A stretch of DNA of 64,000 bases from Pseudomonadota bacterium (GTDB lineage Bacteria > Desulfobacterota > Binatia > Binatales > Binataceae), in contig JAJPHI010000016.1 in assembly GCA_021325355.1 (NCBI GenBank), positions 103,733 to 167,732 on the forward strand. The letters are read 5' to 3'. This document shows, one piece after another, positions 10,066-19,101 of the stretch. The stretch's first letter is position 1, and every line of letters begins with the position of its first letter. Both the position numbers and the translations under genes were made by a program. The notes under the pieces were generated by a model that had not been told where the DNA came from, made no database searches, and was given only the letters and a program-made list of their open reading frames with translations.

Positions 10066-10507
10066 ACAGGGCGCCACTCGAATCGAGCGCGACGTCATAG
10101 AGTGATGGCGTGCGTCCGGGCACGAAGATCTGGTGGCCCTCGTCAAGCAAGGCGTACGCGACACACAGCGCGAAGGCGCTGTAGGGTCGTCCGGCCATCG
10201 GACCACGAATCAGCAGCCAGAAGAGAATCCCATAATTGACAAAGTGGGCGCATTTGCGCGTGAGCCCGTGCAGCAGCGCGATCGTGCTCGGCGACGCGAA
10301 CGGCAGCAGCCAATGCAAGAGCGGCACGATGATGAGCGAGGTGTTGGCGGACGAAAAGACCGACGTCGAAAGCACGAACAGCAGGCTTATCCAGATCAGT
10401 ACGGGCAGCCAGGCGCGGAGCTGCGACGCACTCGGCTGATGATTCAAAGTCGCGCCGGCGCCGTCGGCGGCTACCGTCGAGCTCCTGTCCTCGCTGCCTG
10501 CACTCAT
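10013..10507 (-). CDS. VanZ-like family membrane protein
   Basis: Only the 3-prime about 165 codons of track ORF 10013-11356 look real. The rest is antisense to zwf. The start is at the ATG at 10507. There are four TM segments, and the C-terminus (ALLDEGHQIFVPGRTPSLYDVALDSSGAL) is typical of VanZ. Confidence 0.6.
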   Translation of the reverse strand: MSAGSEDRSSTVAADGAGATLNHQPSASQLRAWLPVLIWISLLFVLSTSVFSSANTSLIIVPLLHWLLPFASPSTIALLHGLTRKCAHFVNYGILFWLLIRGPMAGRPYSAFALCVAYALLDEGHQIFVPGRTPSLYDVALDSSGALFSRFLAAAMAYPLDPVA

Positions 10508-10585
10508 CGCGGATATTGTCGCGAGACGCGCGAGCGTCGGCAAGGCACCGTGCCTCGCCTGTGGCGGCGGCATATACTCCCTGAA

Positions 10586-12103
10586 ATGGATCAGAGCATT
10601 CACATCGCTGCTACGCAGGCCGCGGCGCCGTGCACGATCGTCATCTTCGGGGCATCGGGCGATCTGGCGAAGCGCAAGCTGCTGCCCGCGATTTACAACC
10701 TGAGTGCCTGCGGCGAGCGCGTCGCGCCGGAAAACTTTGCCGTGGTCGGATTCGCGCGCCGGCCGATGACAGTGGAGAAGTTCCGCAGTGATGCGCGCGA
10801 CTGGGCGGCGCGCTACTCCCGCCTCGAACTTGACCAGAAATGCTGGAACGATTTCGCCACGCGGCTTGACTACGTCTCCGGTCTCGATCAAGCGGACGGC
10901 TTTCACCGGCTGCGGCAGCGCCTCGAGCAACTCGAAGCCGAGCGTCATCTGCCGCCCAACCGGATCTATTACCTGTCGGTGCCGCCGGAGGCGGTCGCCG
11001 AGTGTATCGAGCGCCTGGGCAGCGCCGGTCTCATCGCCAAACCCGGAGCGGCGAACTTCACCCGGATCGTGCTCGAGAAGCCGATCGGCCACGACCTGGT
11101 CAGCGCGCTCGAGCTCAGCCGTCTGGCCCATCAATACTTCGACGAGTCGCAGATTTTCCGCATCGATCACTACCTCGGCAAGGAGACCGTGCAGAATCTG
11201 CTCGTGTTGCGCTTTGCCAACGCGATCTTCGAGCGGATGTGGGGGGCGCGCAACGTCGATCACGTGCAGATTACCGTCGCCGAGAGTGAAGGCGTCGGTT
11301 CGCGCGCGATGTACTACGATCCTGCCGGCGCGCTGCGCGATATGGTCCAGAACCATATCCTGCAGCTTCTCGCGTTGATCGCGATGGATCCCCCGGTTTC
11401 ACTCGAGGCCGATGCCATCCGCGACGCGAAGCTCAACGTCCTGCGGGCTCTGCGTCCGCTATCGCATCGCGGGGCCGGCGATCTGGTGGTGCGCGGCCGC
11501 TATGGCCCGGGTCTCGTCGAAGGCACGGCGGTTAAGGGTTATCTGCAGGAGCCCGGCATCCCGCCCACCTCGCGCACCGAGACCTTCGTTGCCTTGAAGG
11601 TCTTCATCGACAACTGGCGATGGGCCGGCGTTCCCTTTTATCTCCGCACCGGCAAACGGCTCGCGGCGCGCGAGAGTCTGATTTATATCCAGTTCAAGGA
11701 TGCGCCGCGGATCCTGTTCAACCGTACCGGCGAACTGCCCTCGAACGCGCTCACGATTCGCATTCAGCCCGACGAAGGGTTTTCCTTCGAAGTGCTCGCC
11801 AAGCAGCCCGGACTCGATATCACGCTCCGCCCGGTCCATATGAATCTGCGTTACCAAAGCGAGTTCTCCGGAGCTTCGCCCGACGCTTACGAGCGGCTGC
11901 TGCTGGATATCATGAACGGCGATCACACGCTTTTCGTCAGTGCGCGCTTTGTCGAGAAATCGTGGGAGTTCGTCCAGTCGGTGCTTGATTGGTGGAGCGA
12001 CGATCCGGCGATCCCGCTCCACGATTACGCCGCCGGAACCTTCGGCCCCGCCGCCGCCGACCAACTGCTCGAGCGTGACGGCCGCCGCTGGCGCAATCCG
12101 TAG
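10586..12103 (+). CDS. zwf: glucose-6-phosphate 1-dehydrogenase
   Basis: GASGDLAKRK NADP motif and the RIDHYLGKE active-site motif. The start was trimmed to the ATG at 10586 to avoid overlap with the divergent VanZ gene. Confidence 0.9.
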   Translation: MDQSIHIAATQAAAPCTIVIFGASGDLAKRKLLPAIYNLSACGERVAPENFAVVGFARRPMTVEKFRSDARDWAARYSRLELDQKCWNDFATRLDYVSGLDQADGFHRLRQRLEQLEAERHLPPNRIYYLSVPPEAVAECIERLGSAGLIAKPGAANFTRIVLEKPIGHDLVSALELSRLAHQYFDESQIFRIDHYLGKETVQNLLVLRFANAIFERMWGARNVDHVQITVAESEGVGSRAMYYDPAGALRDMVQNHILQLLALIAMDPPVSLEADAIRDAKLNVLRALRPLSHRGAGDLVVRGRYGPGLVEGTAVKGYLQEPGIPPTSRTETFVALKVFIDNWRWAGVPFYLRTGKRLAARESLIYIQFKDAPRILFNRTGELPSNALTIRIQPDEGFSFEVLAKQPGLDITLRPVHMNLRYQSEFSGASPDAYERLLLDIMNGDHTLFVSARFVEKSWEFVQSVLDWWSDDPAIPLHDYAAGTFGPAAADQLLERDGRRWRNP

Positions 12104-12117
12104 GCCGAATCGTCAAG

Positions 12118-13362
12118 GTGGGAATGCGGTTGAAACCTCGGCAGATCTTCGTCGGCCGGTTGCTGGCCACATTCCTTTTGGCGTCCGCCGGATTCATCCT
12201 GGTGGTGCGCTTTACGCGCGATTCCGATCGCTACTGGCGCCAGGACTTCAGTCGCTATTACGCCGATACGCGCGCGCTCAACAACGGTAGCGACATCTAT
12301 TTGCGATCGAATACGCAGATTAGCTATCCGCCAGCTTTTTATCTGGCTTTTTCGCCGCTGACCTGGATCGACCGCCGGCGCGCGCATACGGTTTGGGAGC
12401 TTGCCCAGGTGCTCTCTTTGCTTGCGGCCGTAGCCCTCGTGCTGCGCGAAAGCGACGTTGCTACCGGTTATGGGTTCGCGTGTCTGGCGTTCGCTTTTGC
12501 TCTGATTTTCCCACCCTTTCAAACGGCGATTCACTACGGGCAGCCGACGCCGCTGCTGCTGCTCCTGCTCGTCGGATCGTGGGTCATGGCGCGTCACGAT
12601 GCGGACCGCGCCGCAGGCGCCCTGTTAGCCGCGGCGGTTTTGCTCAAGGCGTTCCCCTGGCCGATGGCGCTCTATTTTGCCGCGCGCCGTCGATGGGCGG
12701 TGCTCGCCGCGGCGGCGACCTTTGCCCTGATTATCGAGATCTGCCTTCTCTGGCGTTACGGAACGACGATTAATCTGGATTTTTTCCTTAAGTCGCGAGT
12801 GTCTGAAGTCTGGCTCGAACGCCCGCGCAATCTCTCGCTCCTGTCCAACGTGCGGGCGCTGGTCTTTGCCTTCCGGCCGACGCCGGGCCTGCGCGTGTGG
12901 GCAGAGTATGCGCTCGTGCTGCTCGCCAGTCTCGCTCTGATCTACTTTGCTGCCGAAGTCACGCGCGCCGTGCCCGATGCAGCATCCACCGACGGCCTCT
13001 GCTGGAGCCTCTGGATCATCACGACGATCCTGCTCGCTCCCGTGGCCTGGGATCACTATCTGGTGCTCTTCCTCCCCGCATATATTTTTGTCGCCTGCTA
13101 CGTGCATGATCACCGGTCGGCGATCGCTCGGCGCGGGACGCGGCTCGGCGCGCTCCTGGTGCTTGTTGGTCTGTTGGGATTTCTGGTGGTGCCGTACTTT
13201 ACGGCGATGAAGAATCTGCGTCTGCTGTTCTGCTTCGCGCTTGCCTCTTACGCAGGCCTTTACCTGATGTTGTCAGCGGGGCAGGGCGTGGCGGCGTCGG
13301 CGACGCCCGCGCTTCGCGGGAGCGCCGAGCTGATGTCCGCGCGCGATCTACGCCCTTCGTAG
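12118..13362 (+). CDS. integral membrane protein, GT87/DUF2029-like glycosyltransferase (polyprenol-phosphate-sugar dependent type)
   Basis: 414 aa with about 10 TM helices and loop motifs reminiscent of the DUF2029 / mannosyltransferase family. The family call is tentative. Confidence 0.5.
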   Translation: MGMRLKPRQIFVGRLLATFLLASAGFILVVRFTRDSDRYWRQDFSRYYADTRALNNGSDIYLRSNTQISYPPAFYLAFSPLTWIDRRRAHTVWELAQVLSLLAAVALVLRESDVATGYGFACLAFAFALIFPPFQTAIHYGQPTPLLLLLLVGSWVMARHDADRAAGALLAAAVLLKAFPWPMALYFAARRRWAVLAAAATFALIIEICLLWRYGTTINLDFFLKSRVSEVWLERPRNLSLLSNVRALVFAFRPTPGLRVWAEYALVLLASLALIYFAAEVTRAVPDAASTDGLCWSLWIITTILLAPVAWDHYLVLFLPAYIFVACYVHDHRSAIARRGTRLGALLVLVGLLGFLVVPYFTAMKNLRLLFCFALASYAGLYLMLSAGQGVAASATPALRGSAELMSARDLRPS

Positions 13363-13365
13363 GCG

Positions 13366-13725
13366 CTACCGTTTGGCTCTGCGCAGGCGGTTCTTACCGT
13401 GTCGGCCGCCGGCCGCGGTGGGCCGCCAGGAACTGGCGGTTCCCGATCCCCCACAGTTCGCCGCGAGATATTCCAGCAGTTTTCTGATCGCTTTAGGTTT
13501 CTGCCGATAATAGATCGATCGGCTTTCCCGCCGCGACTCGAGCAGTCCCGCGCTCCGCAGTTGGGCAAGATGAAAGGACAAGGTGGGCGCCGGCTGTCCG
13601 AGTGCGTCGGCGATCTCACCCGCCGCCATACCCTGCGCGCCGCTCCGGCCGAGCAGTTGAACGATGGCGAAACGCGTCTCCTGACCGAGCGCCGCCAGTG
13701 CCGCCAAAGCTTTTGAGCCTTTCAT
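13366..13725 (-). CDS. ArsR/SmtB family transcriptional regulator
   Basis: Winged HTH (AGEIADALGQPAPTLSFHLAQLRSAGLL), 119 aa. Confidence 0.8.
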   Translation of the reverse strand: MKGSKALAALAALGQETRFAIVQLLGRSGAQGMAAGEIADALGQPAPTLSFHLAQLRSAGLLESRRESRSIYYRQKPKAIRKLLEYLAANCGGSGTASSWRPTAAGGRHGKNRLRRAKR

Positions 13726-13884
13726 ATTTCCAGCAAACTAAAAGCCGGGAACGCAATCGTCAAGCGGTTGAATGCATGAAAACCGAGGCTCTGCTCCGCA
13801 GACGCCGAGGTCGGGCCCGCGCCACAAGCGCAGCCGACCGAGGTTCAACCCGGCGATTGATCTTTAGGAGAGCGGCTCGCCGCG

Positions 13885-14406
13885 TCAGGCGGCGCGGGCG
13901 GCGCGCTTCAGCCCGTCCCGCTGATGAACCAGAATAAACAGTCGAATCCGGGTTTCAAGTTCGATTAGGGTCTGGCGATAGGTCACGGCCCGCCGTCCGG
14001 AATCCTGTGCGCCCGCCAGCGGGTCACTGATCCGCCAATGAATCATGTTCGGCGCGCCGTTCCAGGTGCGCGGCAAGCCGGCGGGTGCGCGCTCACCGAG
14101 AGTGATAACAAAATCGAAGCGCGGCCCCTCGGGATGAGCAAATTCCGTCACGCCCTTGGACCGCAGGGTCGGGTCCCAGAGGCGGCGATCCCGAAGGAGC
14201 TCCATCGCCAGGGCGTCAGGATGCGCGGCGGCGCGGATCCCGGCGCTGAAGGCGTGATAATCGTGACCGCCAAAGCGTCGCAAAAGCGCTTCCGCTATCA
14301 GGCTCATCGCAGCGTTATCACGACAGACGAAGAGCACGTTGTAACGGGGATTCATGTATGCCAGAGCTCCTGGGACCTGCCCAACTGGCTCATCCGGGCC
14401 AGCCAT
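13885..14406 (-). CDS. LMW-PTP/ArsC-like protein (arsenate-reductase family fold, divergent active site)
   Basis: Aligns along its length with thioredoxin-coupled ArsC (FSAGI, DFVITLG, HWRISDP). It sits next to arsR. Confidence 0.65.
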   Translation of the reverse strand: MAGPDEPVGQVPGALAYMNPRYNVLFVCRDNAAMSLIAEALLRRFGGHDYHAFSAGIRAAAHPDALAMELLRDRRLWDPTLRSKGVTEFAHPEGPRFDFVITLGERAPAGLPRTWNGAPNMIHWRISDPLAGAQDSGRRAVTYRQTLIELETRIRLFILVHQRDGLKRAARAA

Positions 14407-14605
14407 GGATCAACAGTTTAGCGCGATCGCGAAGCGAACGCGAACGCCCCGGCAATTGAATGTCAACAGGCTTTGCACAAGGCCCGGCGGGCGGCGATCC
14501 ACGACGGGCGATAGTTTAACCAGGTTCAAAATAACAGAGGGACGCATTTCACGTCAGCGAGTAGCTAGGCGCGACGCGACGCGGAAGGGCGGGAAGCGGC
14601 CGCCT

Positions 14606-15442
14606 TCAGAAGGGCCGGTCGCCGTTGATGGTCACGCGTTCCATGCGGCGCGGCGCCGTCAGATGGTCGGCGACCACGCGATGCTGAGTGCAGCGATTGT
14701 CCCACAGCGCGAGCGAATTCGACCGCCAGCGGAAGCGGCAGCTAAAGTCCGGCGTTTCGATATGTCTGAAAAGAAATTCCAGCAACGCGCGGCTTTCTCC
14801 TGACTTCATGCCCTTGATCGAAGTGGTGAAGGTCGCATTGACGAAGAGCGCCTTCCGCCGCGTCTCCGGATGCGTCCGGATGACCGGATGCTCGGCCGAG
14901 AGCGGTTCGCGCGCGCGTTGGCCGCCGATATGCTCAATCCGATAGTCGGGGCGCGAGAAGGTTTTGGAGGTGTCGTGAACCGCAACCAGGTCGGACAGCA
15001 GCCGCTGCATCCTGTCGGACAGCGCTTCATAGGCGGCATACATGCTGGCCCACATCGTGTCGCCGCCATACTCCGGCGCGACGACGCATCGCAACAGCGA
15101 GCCCAGGGGCGGGGCGGGGGCAAAGGTGACGTCGCTGTGCCACGCTTCGGCTACATACGGATGGGCGGCGTCACTTTCGAGGACGACGAACTCCGGATGG
15201 CCCAGCTCCTTGAGCGGCTGGAGGAACGGATGGATGTGCAGCGTGCCGAAACGACAGGCAAAAGCTTTCTGTTGCTCGCGGGTGATTTCCTGGTCGCGAA
15301 AGAAGAGGACCTGATGCGCCAGAAACGCCGCGTGCAGTTGCGCGAAGCCGGCATCGTCGACGCGCGCGAGACTGACGCCCTCGACTTCCGCGCCCAGCGC
15401 ACCAGCGATTGGTCGGACAACGATTCCCGGGTCGGCACTCAT
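14606..15442 (-). CDS. TauD/TfdA family Fe(II)/2-oxoglutarate dioxygenase
   Basis: The WHSDVTF H-x-D facial-triad motif and the distal His/Arg are present. 278 aa. Confidence 0.85.
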   Translation of the reverse strand: MSADPGIVVRPIAGALGAEVEGVSLARVDDAGFAQLHAAFLAHQVLFFRDQEITREQQKAFACRFGTLHIHPFLQPLKELGHPEFVVLESDAAHPYVAEAWHSDVTFAPAPPLGSLLRCVVAPEYGGDTMWASMYAAYEALSDRMQRLLSDLVAVHDTSKTFSRPDYRIEHIGGQRAREPLSAEHPVIRTHPETRRKALFVNATFTTSIKGMKSGESRALLEFLFRHIETPDFSCRFRWRSNSLALWDNRCTQHRVVADHLTAPRRMERVTINGDRPF

Positions 15443-15499
15443 GATGGCCTCCTTTAACTGCGCGGCAACCTGGCAACTCCTTAGCGCCCTGATCCGTCG

Positions 15500-15943
15500 T
15501 CAGGTATTTTCGACGCGCAGGCGCGTCAGCTTGAGCGATTTGATGAGCCAGCGGTCGGCCACTCTCTCATACGTCTCGTGGTAATGCCCCCAGCCGTGCA
15601 GGGTTCGATTGCGGGCGCCCGCAGGCCAGAAGATCAGATCTTCCATCGCGACAACTGCGCGGGCAGTGGTCGGCGTCAGTATTTCGACCTCCGCCATATG
15701 TCCGTGATGGATCGTCAGCGCTTCACCGATTATCTGTCGCACCAGCGCGACGATGTTTGCCGCGCCGGACGCCTTGAAGTTGCTTGCCGCAGGATTCTCG
15801 GACGCGTAGTCAACGGTCGCGTCGGGCGCGAAGACGGCGGCGAATCCTTCCCAGTCTTTCGTGTCCATCAGACGAAAGTAACGCGCCTTGGTCTGCCTGA
15901 CCGCTTCGATCGCAACGAGCTTCTCAATGTCGGTCATACGCAC
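15500..15943 (-). CDS. NTF2-like (SnoaL/DUF4440-type) protein
   Basis: 147 aa; alpha+beta cone composition typical of the nuclear transport factor 2 superfamily. Confidence 0.55.
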   Translation of the reverse strand: MRMTDIEKLVAIEAVRQTKARYFRLMDTKDWEGFAAVFAPDATVDYASENPAASNFKASGAANIVALVRQIIGEALTIHHGHMAEVEILTPTTARAVVAMEDLIFWPAGARNRTLHGWGHYHETYERVADRWLIKSLKLTRLRVENT

Positions 15944-16197
15944 AGCTCCCGCATCGCGAGATCCTGATCCACGTCTTTAGCACAGTGTCGAGGCGCGGCA
16001 AGCCGACCGGCTCCTGAGCTGCAGGCGGGAGCGCGACGAGAAGCCTCGTCTTTTGCCAGTTGCCTTAGATTGCCGGCGCGGTTCCGTCGGTGGGCAAAGC
16101 GAATGAACCGGCAGAAATGTCCGCGAAGCATGTCGCACCGGAAGCGCAAGCGCTCGATGTGCTTGTTCGTTGGCGCCGCGACAGTTATGTAAAAGGC

Positions 16198-17076
16198 ATG
16201 GATATCGGCAAAATCGGCATCTGGTTCTTCCTCGACGGGATGAGCGCGGCGGACAGCGTCGCTTTCGCACAAAAGGTCGAAAAGCACGGCTACGGGGCCT
16301 TGTGGATTCCCGAAGCCGTCGGCCGCGAGCCGTTCGCCCACAGCGCCTACCTCGCGGCCCATACGGAACGACTCGTCTTCGCGACCGGCATCGCGAATAT
16401 CTACGCGCGCGATCCGATTACAATGGCGGCGGCGTCGAAGACCGTTGGTGAGCTTTCCGGCGGGCGGTTTTTGTTGGGCATCGGCGTGAGCCATAAGCCG
16501 CTCGTCACGAATCTGCGCGGCCATTCCTACGACAAGCCCTACAGCTACATGAAGGAATATCTGCCGAAGATGAAGGGTGCGCTTTATCGCGCACCGCTGC
16601 CGAAGGAAGAGGTGCCGGTGGTTATCGCCGCCCTGCATCCGAAGATGCTCGCGCTGGCGGCCGAGCAGACGCAGGGTACGCATACCTATTTCGTTCCGCC
16701 AGAACACACCGCGAAGGCCCGCGCGGCAATCGGCCCGAAGCCGTGGATCTGCGCGGCGCAGGCGGTGATTCTCGAGACCGATCCCGGCAAAGCGCGCGCG
16801 ATGGCGCGCACCTATATGAAGACCTACGTACCGCGCCTGCCCAACTACACGAACAATCTGAAGGCGCTCGGCTGGCAGGACAAGGATTTCGAGAACGGCT
16901 GCAGCGACGCGTTGGTCGATGCGATCGTCGCCTGGGGCAGCGCCGATAAGATTCGCGATCGTATCGAGGCGCATCTCAAGGCCGGAGCCACGCACGTGTG
17001 CATCCTGCCGATTCGCGTCGATAACGAAGCGCTGCCCGATCCGCGCGTGCTCGAAGCGCTCGCGCCGCGCAATTAA
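16198..17076 (+). CDS. LLM class flavin-dependent oxidoreductase (luciferase-like monooxygenase family)
   Basis: The start was moved to the in-frame ATG at 16198 (MDIGKIGIWFF...). This is a TIM-barrel LLM signature protein. Confidence 0.8.
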   Translation: MDIGKIGIWFFLDGMSAADSVAFAQKVEKHGYGALWIPEAVGREPFAHSAYLAAHTERLVFATGIANIYARDPITMAAASKTVGELSGGRFLLGIGVSHKPLVTNLRGHSYDKPYSYMKEYLPKMKGALYRAPLPKEEVPVVIAALHPKMLALAAEQTQGTHTYFVPPEHTAKARAAIGPKPWICAAQAVILETDPGKARAMARTYMKTYVPRLPNYTNNLKALGWQDKDFENGCSDALVDAIVAWGSADKIRDRIEAHLKAGATHVCILPIRVDNEALPDPRVLEALAPRN

Positions 17077-17092
17077 ACCGGTGCCGAGCGGT

Positions 17093-17395
17093 TTGTCGCG
17101 CGGGCGGTGCTGGTTAGCTCCACTGCTCTGCTCGGCGGTGCTGATCGCCGCAGGCGCGCTTAGCGGATGCGGTCCGTCGCAGGCCGAGCTGAATCAGGAG
17201 ATCCAGCAGGCGCAGGAAGCGCAGGCGCGCGCCGCGGCCGCCGAGGCTGAAGCCCAAAAGGCGCAGGCCGCGGCCGCCGCGGCAACTGCGGCCGCCGATC
17301 GGGCGCGCAAGTCCGTCGATGACGCGACGGCCGAAATCAACCGTGTCAGCGAACATATCGATCAGATGCAGAGCGAGGAGAACAGCGAGCGCTGA
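17093..17395 (+). CDS. small Ala/Gln-rich coiled-coil lipoprotein (TTG or GTG start)
   Basis: No ATG is available. TTG at 17093 (or GTG at 17081) gives a signal peptide ending in the lipobox LSGC. The mature part is an AQ-rich helical region (QQAQEAQARAAAAEAEAQKAQAAAAA). Confidence 0.35.
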   Translation: MSRGRCWLAPLLCSAVLIAAGALSGCGPSQAELNQEIQQAQEAQARAAAAEAEAQKAQAAAAAATAAADRARKSVDDATAEINRVSEHIDQMQSEENSER

Positions 17396-17501
17396 TCCCC
17401 GACCGGCGCCCGCGCCAGGCCGATAAGCTTTGCGGGCCGGGAGCGCCGAGCGCTTCCGGCGAATTTCCAAAATTGTGGAACGGTTGACGACGCCTTGCAG
17501 A

Positions 17502-17543
17502 CGGCGGGGATCGTCGGACATCCATGCCTGACGATCCCCGCCG
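17502..17543. repeat. perfect 14-bp-stem hairpin between convergent genes
   Basis: cggcggggatcgtc (17502-17515), a 14-nt loop, then gacgatccccgccg (17530-17543). There is no U-tract. Confidence 0.4.
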
Positions 17544-17670
17544 TTGAGGTTGACCAAGTTGTGCGAACACCGCGGCGCCGCGTGCGACGACCATAGCGTG
17601 GCCGCAGGGCGGCGCCGTTTGCGCGACCAGTGCGATCACTTCCAGTCGCGCGGCCGCGGGCCGGATCCGG

Positions 17671-18900
17671 CTACATCAGTTTGTAGCAGCGGGCGACATT
17701 CTCGCCGAGCACCCCTCGGCGCGCCGTCGCCGTCATCCCATCGACCATCCCGCGCAACTCCTCGAGGTAATCGCCCGGATGATCAGGATGGGGATAGTCG
17801 CTCGCCCAAAAGAAGCGATCCTCGCCCACCAGCCGCGTCATCGCGGCGATCGAACGTTCGTCGGGGTCGGCCGAAATGTAGCACTGCCGCTTGAAATAGA
17901 ACGACGGCGGTTCCTTCAACTGAACGGTGCCGCCGAGCCGGGTATGCCGGTAGATTGCGTCGCCGCGGTCGAGCCAGTAGCCGATCCATCCGGCGCCCGA
18001 TTCGAGCACCACGACGCGCAACTGCGGAAAGCGATCAAAGACGCCGTACTGGAAGAGCGTCGCGAACGCATGCCCCACGCCCTGTGCGGCAAACAGATCA
18101 AAATACCAATCCGCCCAGCCCATACCATCGAAACGATGGTGAACGCTGAAGGCGGGGGGTTCCAGCTCCGGATGGATGCCGACGGGAACGTCGAGGTCCT
18201 GCGCGGCGGCGAAAAATACATCGTGATCCGGATGGCCGTGTGGTTTGCGGGTGATCGTAAACGGCGCGATGAAAGCACCTTTACATCCCGCCTTTACGGC
18301 GCGCTCGAGTTCCCGGGCAGCGGCCACCGGATCGCCCAATGACAGGTGGGCGATCGGCACCAGGCGCCCGCCCGAGTCGCTGCAAAAATCAACGATCCAG
18401 CGATTGTAGGCCTGGCAGTGGGCGGCGGCGAGTGCGGGATCGAACATCTCAGCCTCCCACAAGAGGCCGAGCGTCGGATAAATGACCGACTTCGCCATTC
18501 CTTCAGCTTCCATCAGGTCGAGCCGTTCCTTTAGGTCCATCGCTCCCGGGGCGCACCCCGACAGATAGGTGTCCTCACGGCGTCCGCTGCCGAGGCTGTC
18601 GAAGACCGAATGCTTCTCCTGGGCCTTTTCCCATAGACGCTTGCGGCGCCCTTCATTGAAGGCGGCGATCTCGGCGTAACCCATCTCGCGCAGTTTCTTC
18701 ATCCCGCCGAGTTCATGCAGCAGAGAGGAACTGGTCAGTTCCGATTTCTTGCCATCCACCTCGAAGAACTCAAAACCGTTGTCGTCGGTGCGGATACGAG
18801 TGGCGCGCGCGCGAAAGCGAGGTTCCAGATACTTCTCGAAGATGTCCGGCGGCTCGAGGATATGTCCGTCAGCGTCGATCAACAGTTCTTCAAATGCCAT
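17671..18900 (-). CDS. amidohydrolase_2 family metal-dependent hydrolase (ACMSD/TIM-barrel type)
   Basis: 409 aa. It has an N-terminal IDADGH metal-binding motif and distal His/Asp ligands (WASDYPHPD). Confidence 0.8.
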   Translation of the reverse strand: MAFEELLIDADGHILEPPDIFEKYLEPRFRARATRIRTDDNGFEFFEVDGKKSELTSSSLLHELGGMKKLREMGYAEIAAFNEGRRKRLWEKAQEKHSVFDSLGSGRREDTYLSGCAPGAMDLKERLDLMEAEGMAKSVIYPTLGLLWEAEMFDPALAAAHCQAYNRWIVDFCSDSGGRLVPIAHLSLGDPVAAARELERAVKAGCKGAFIAPFTITRKPHGHPDHDVFFAAAQDLDVPVGIHPELEPPAFSVHHRFDGMGWADWYFDLFAAQGVGHAFATLFQYGVFDRFPQLRVVVLESGAGWIGYWLDRGDAIYRHTRLGGTVQLKEPPSFYFKRQCYISADPDERSIAAMTRLVGEDRFFWASDYPHPDHPGDYLEELRGMVDGMTATARRGVLGENVARCYKLM

Positions 18901-19101
18901 TGCAGGAACCTCCGTATCCCAAGCTGATATGGAATGTCGCGGTGAGCATCAGAATATCCCGTATTTATGTGGCGATGACAATCGCGCGAGGGCGCCGCCG
19001 AAGGTTGAGCGGAGCCGAGACGATAAGGCTAGTTTGCTGGTAATCGCCCTTGGAGGGACCGCCTGTCGATCACCCTCCAAGGGTTATTGAGGCGTGGCAG
19101 G

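Noticed and set aside
10508-11356. Upper part of minus-strand ORF 10013-11356
   Set aside because: It is antisense to zwf. Only the 3-prime VanZ-like portion is credible.
15934-16995. 353-aa minus-strand ORF opposite the LLM oxidoreductase
   Set aside because: It is Arg-rich antisense to a clear LLM gene with a proper start.
17161-17300. Repetitive gcg/gcc/cag stretch that looked repeat-like
   Set aside because: It is in-frame Ala/Gln codons of the coiled-coil lipoprotein, not a CRISPR or tandem DNA repeat.
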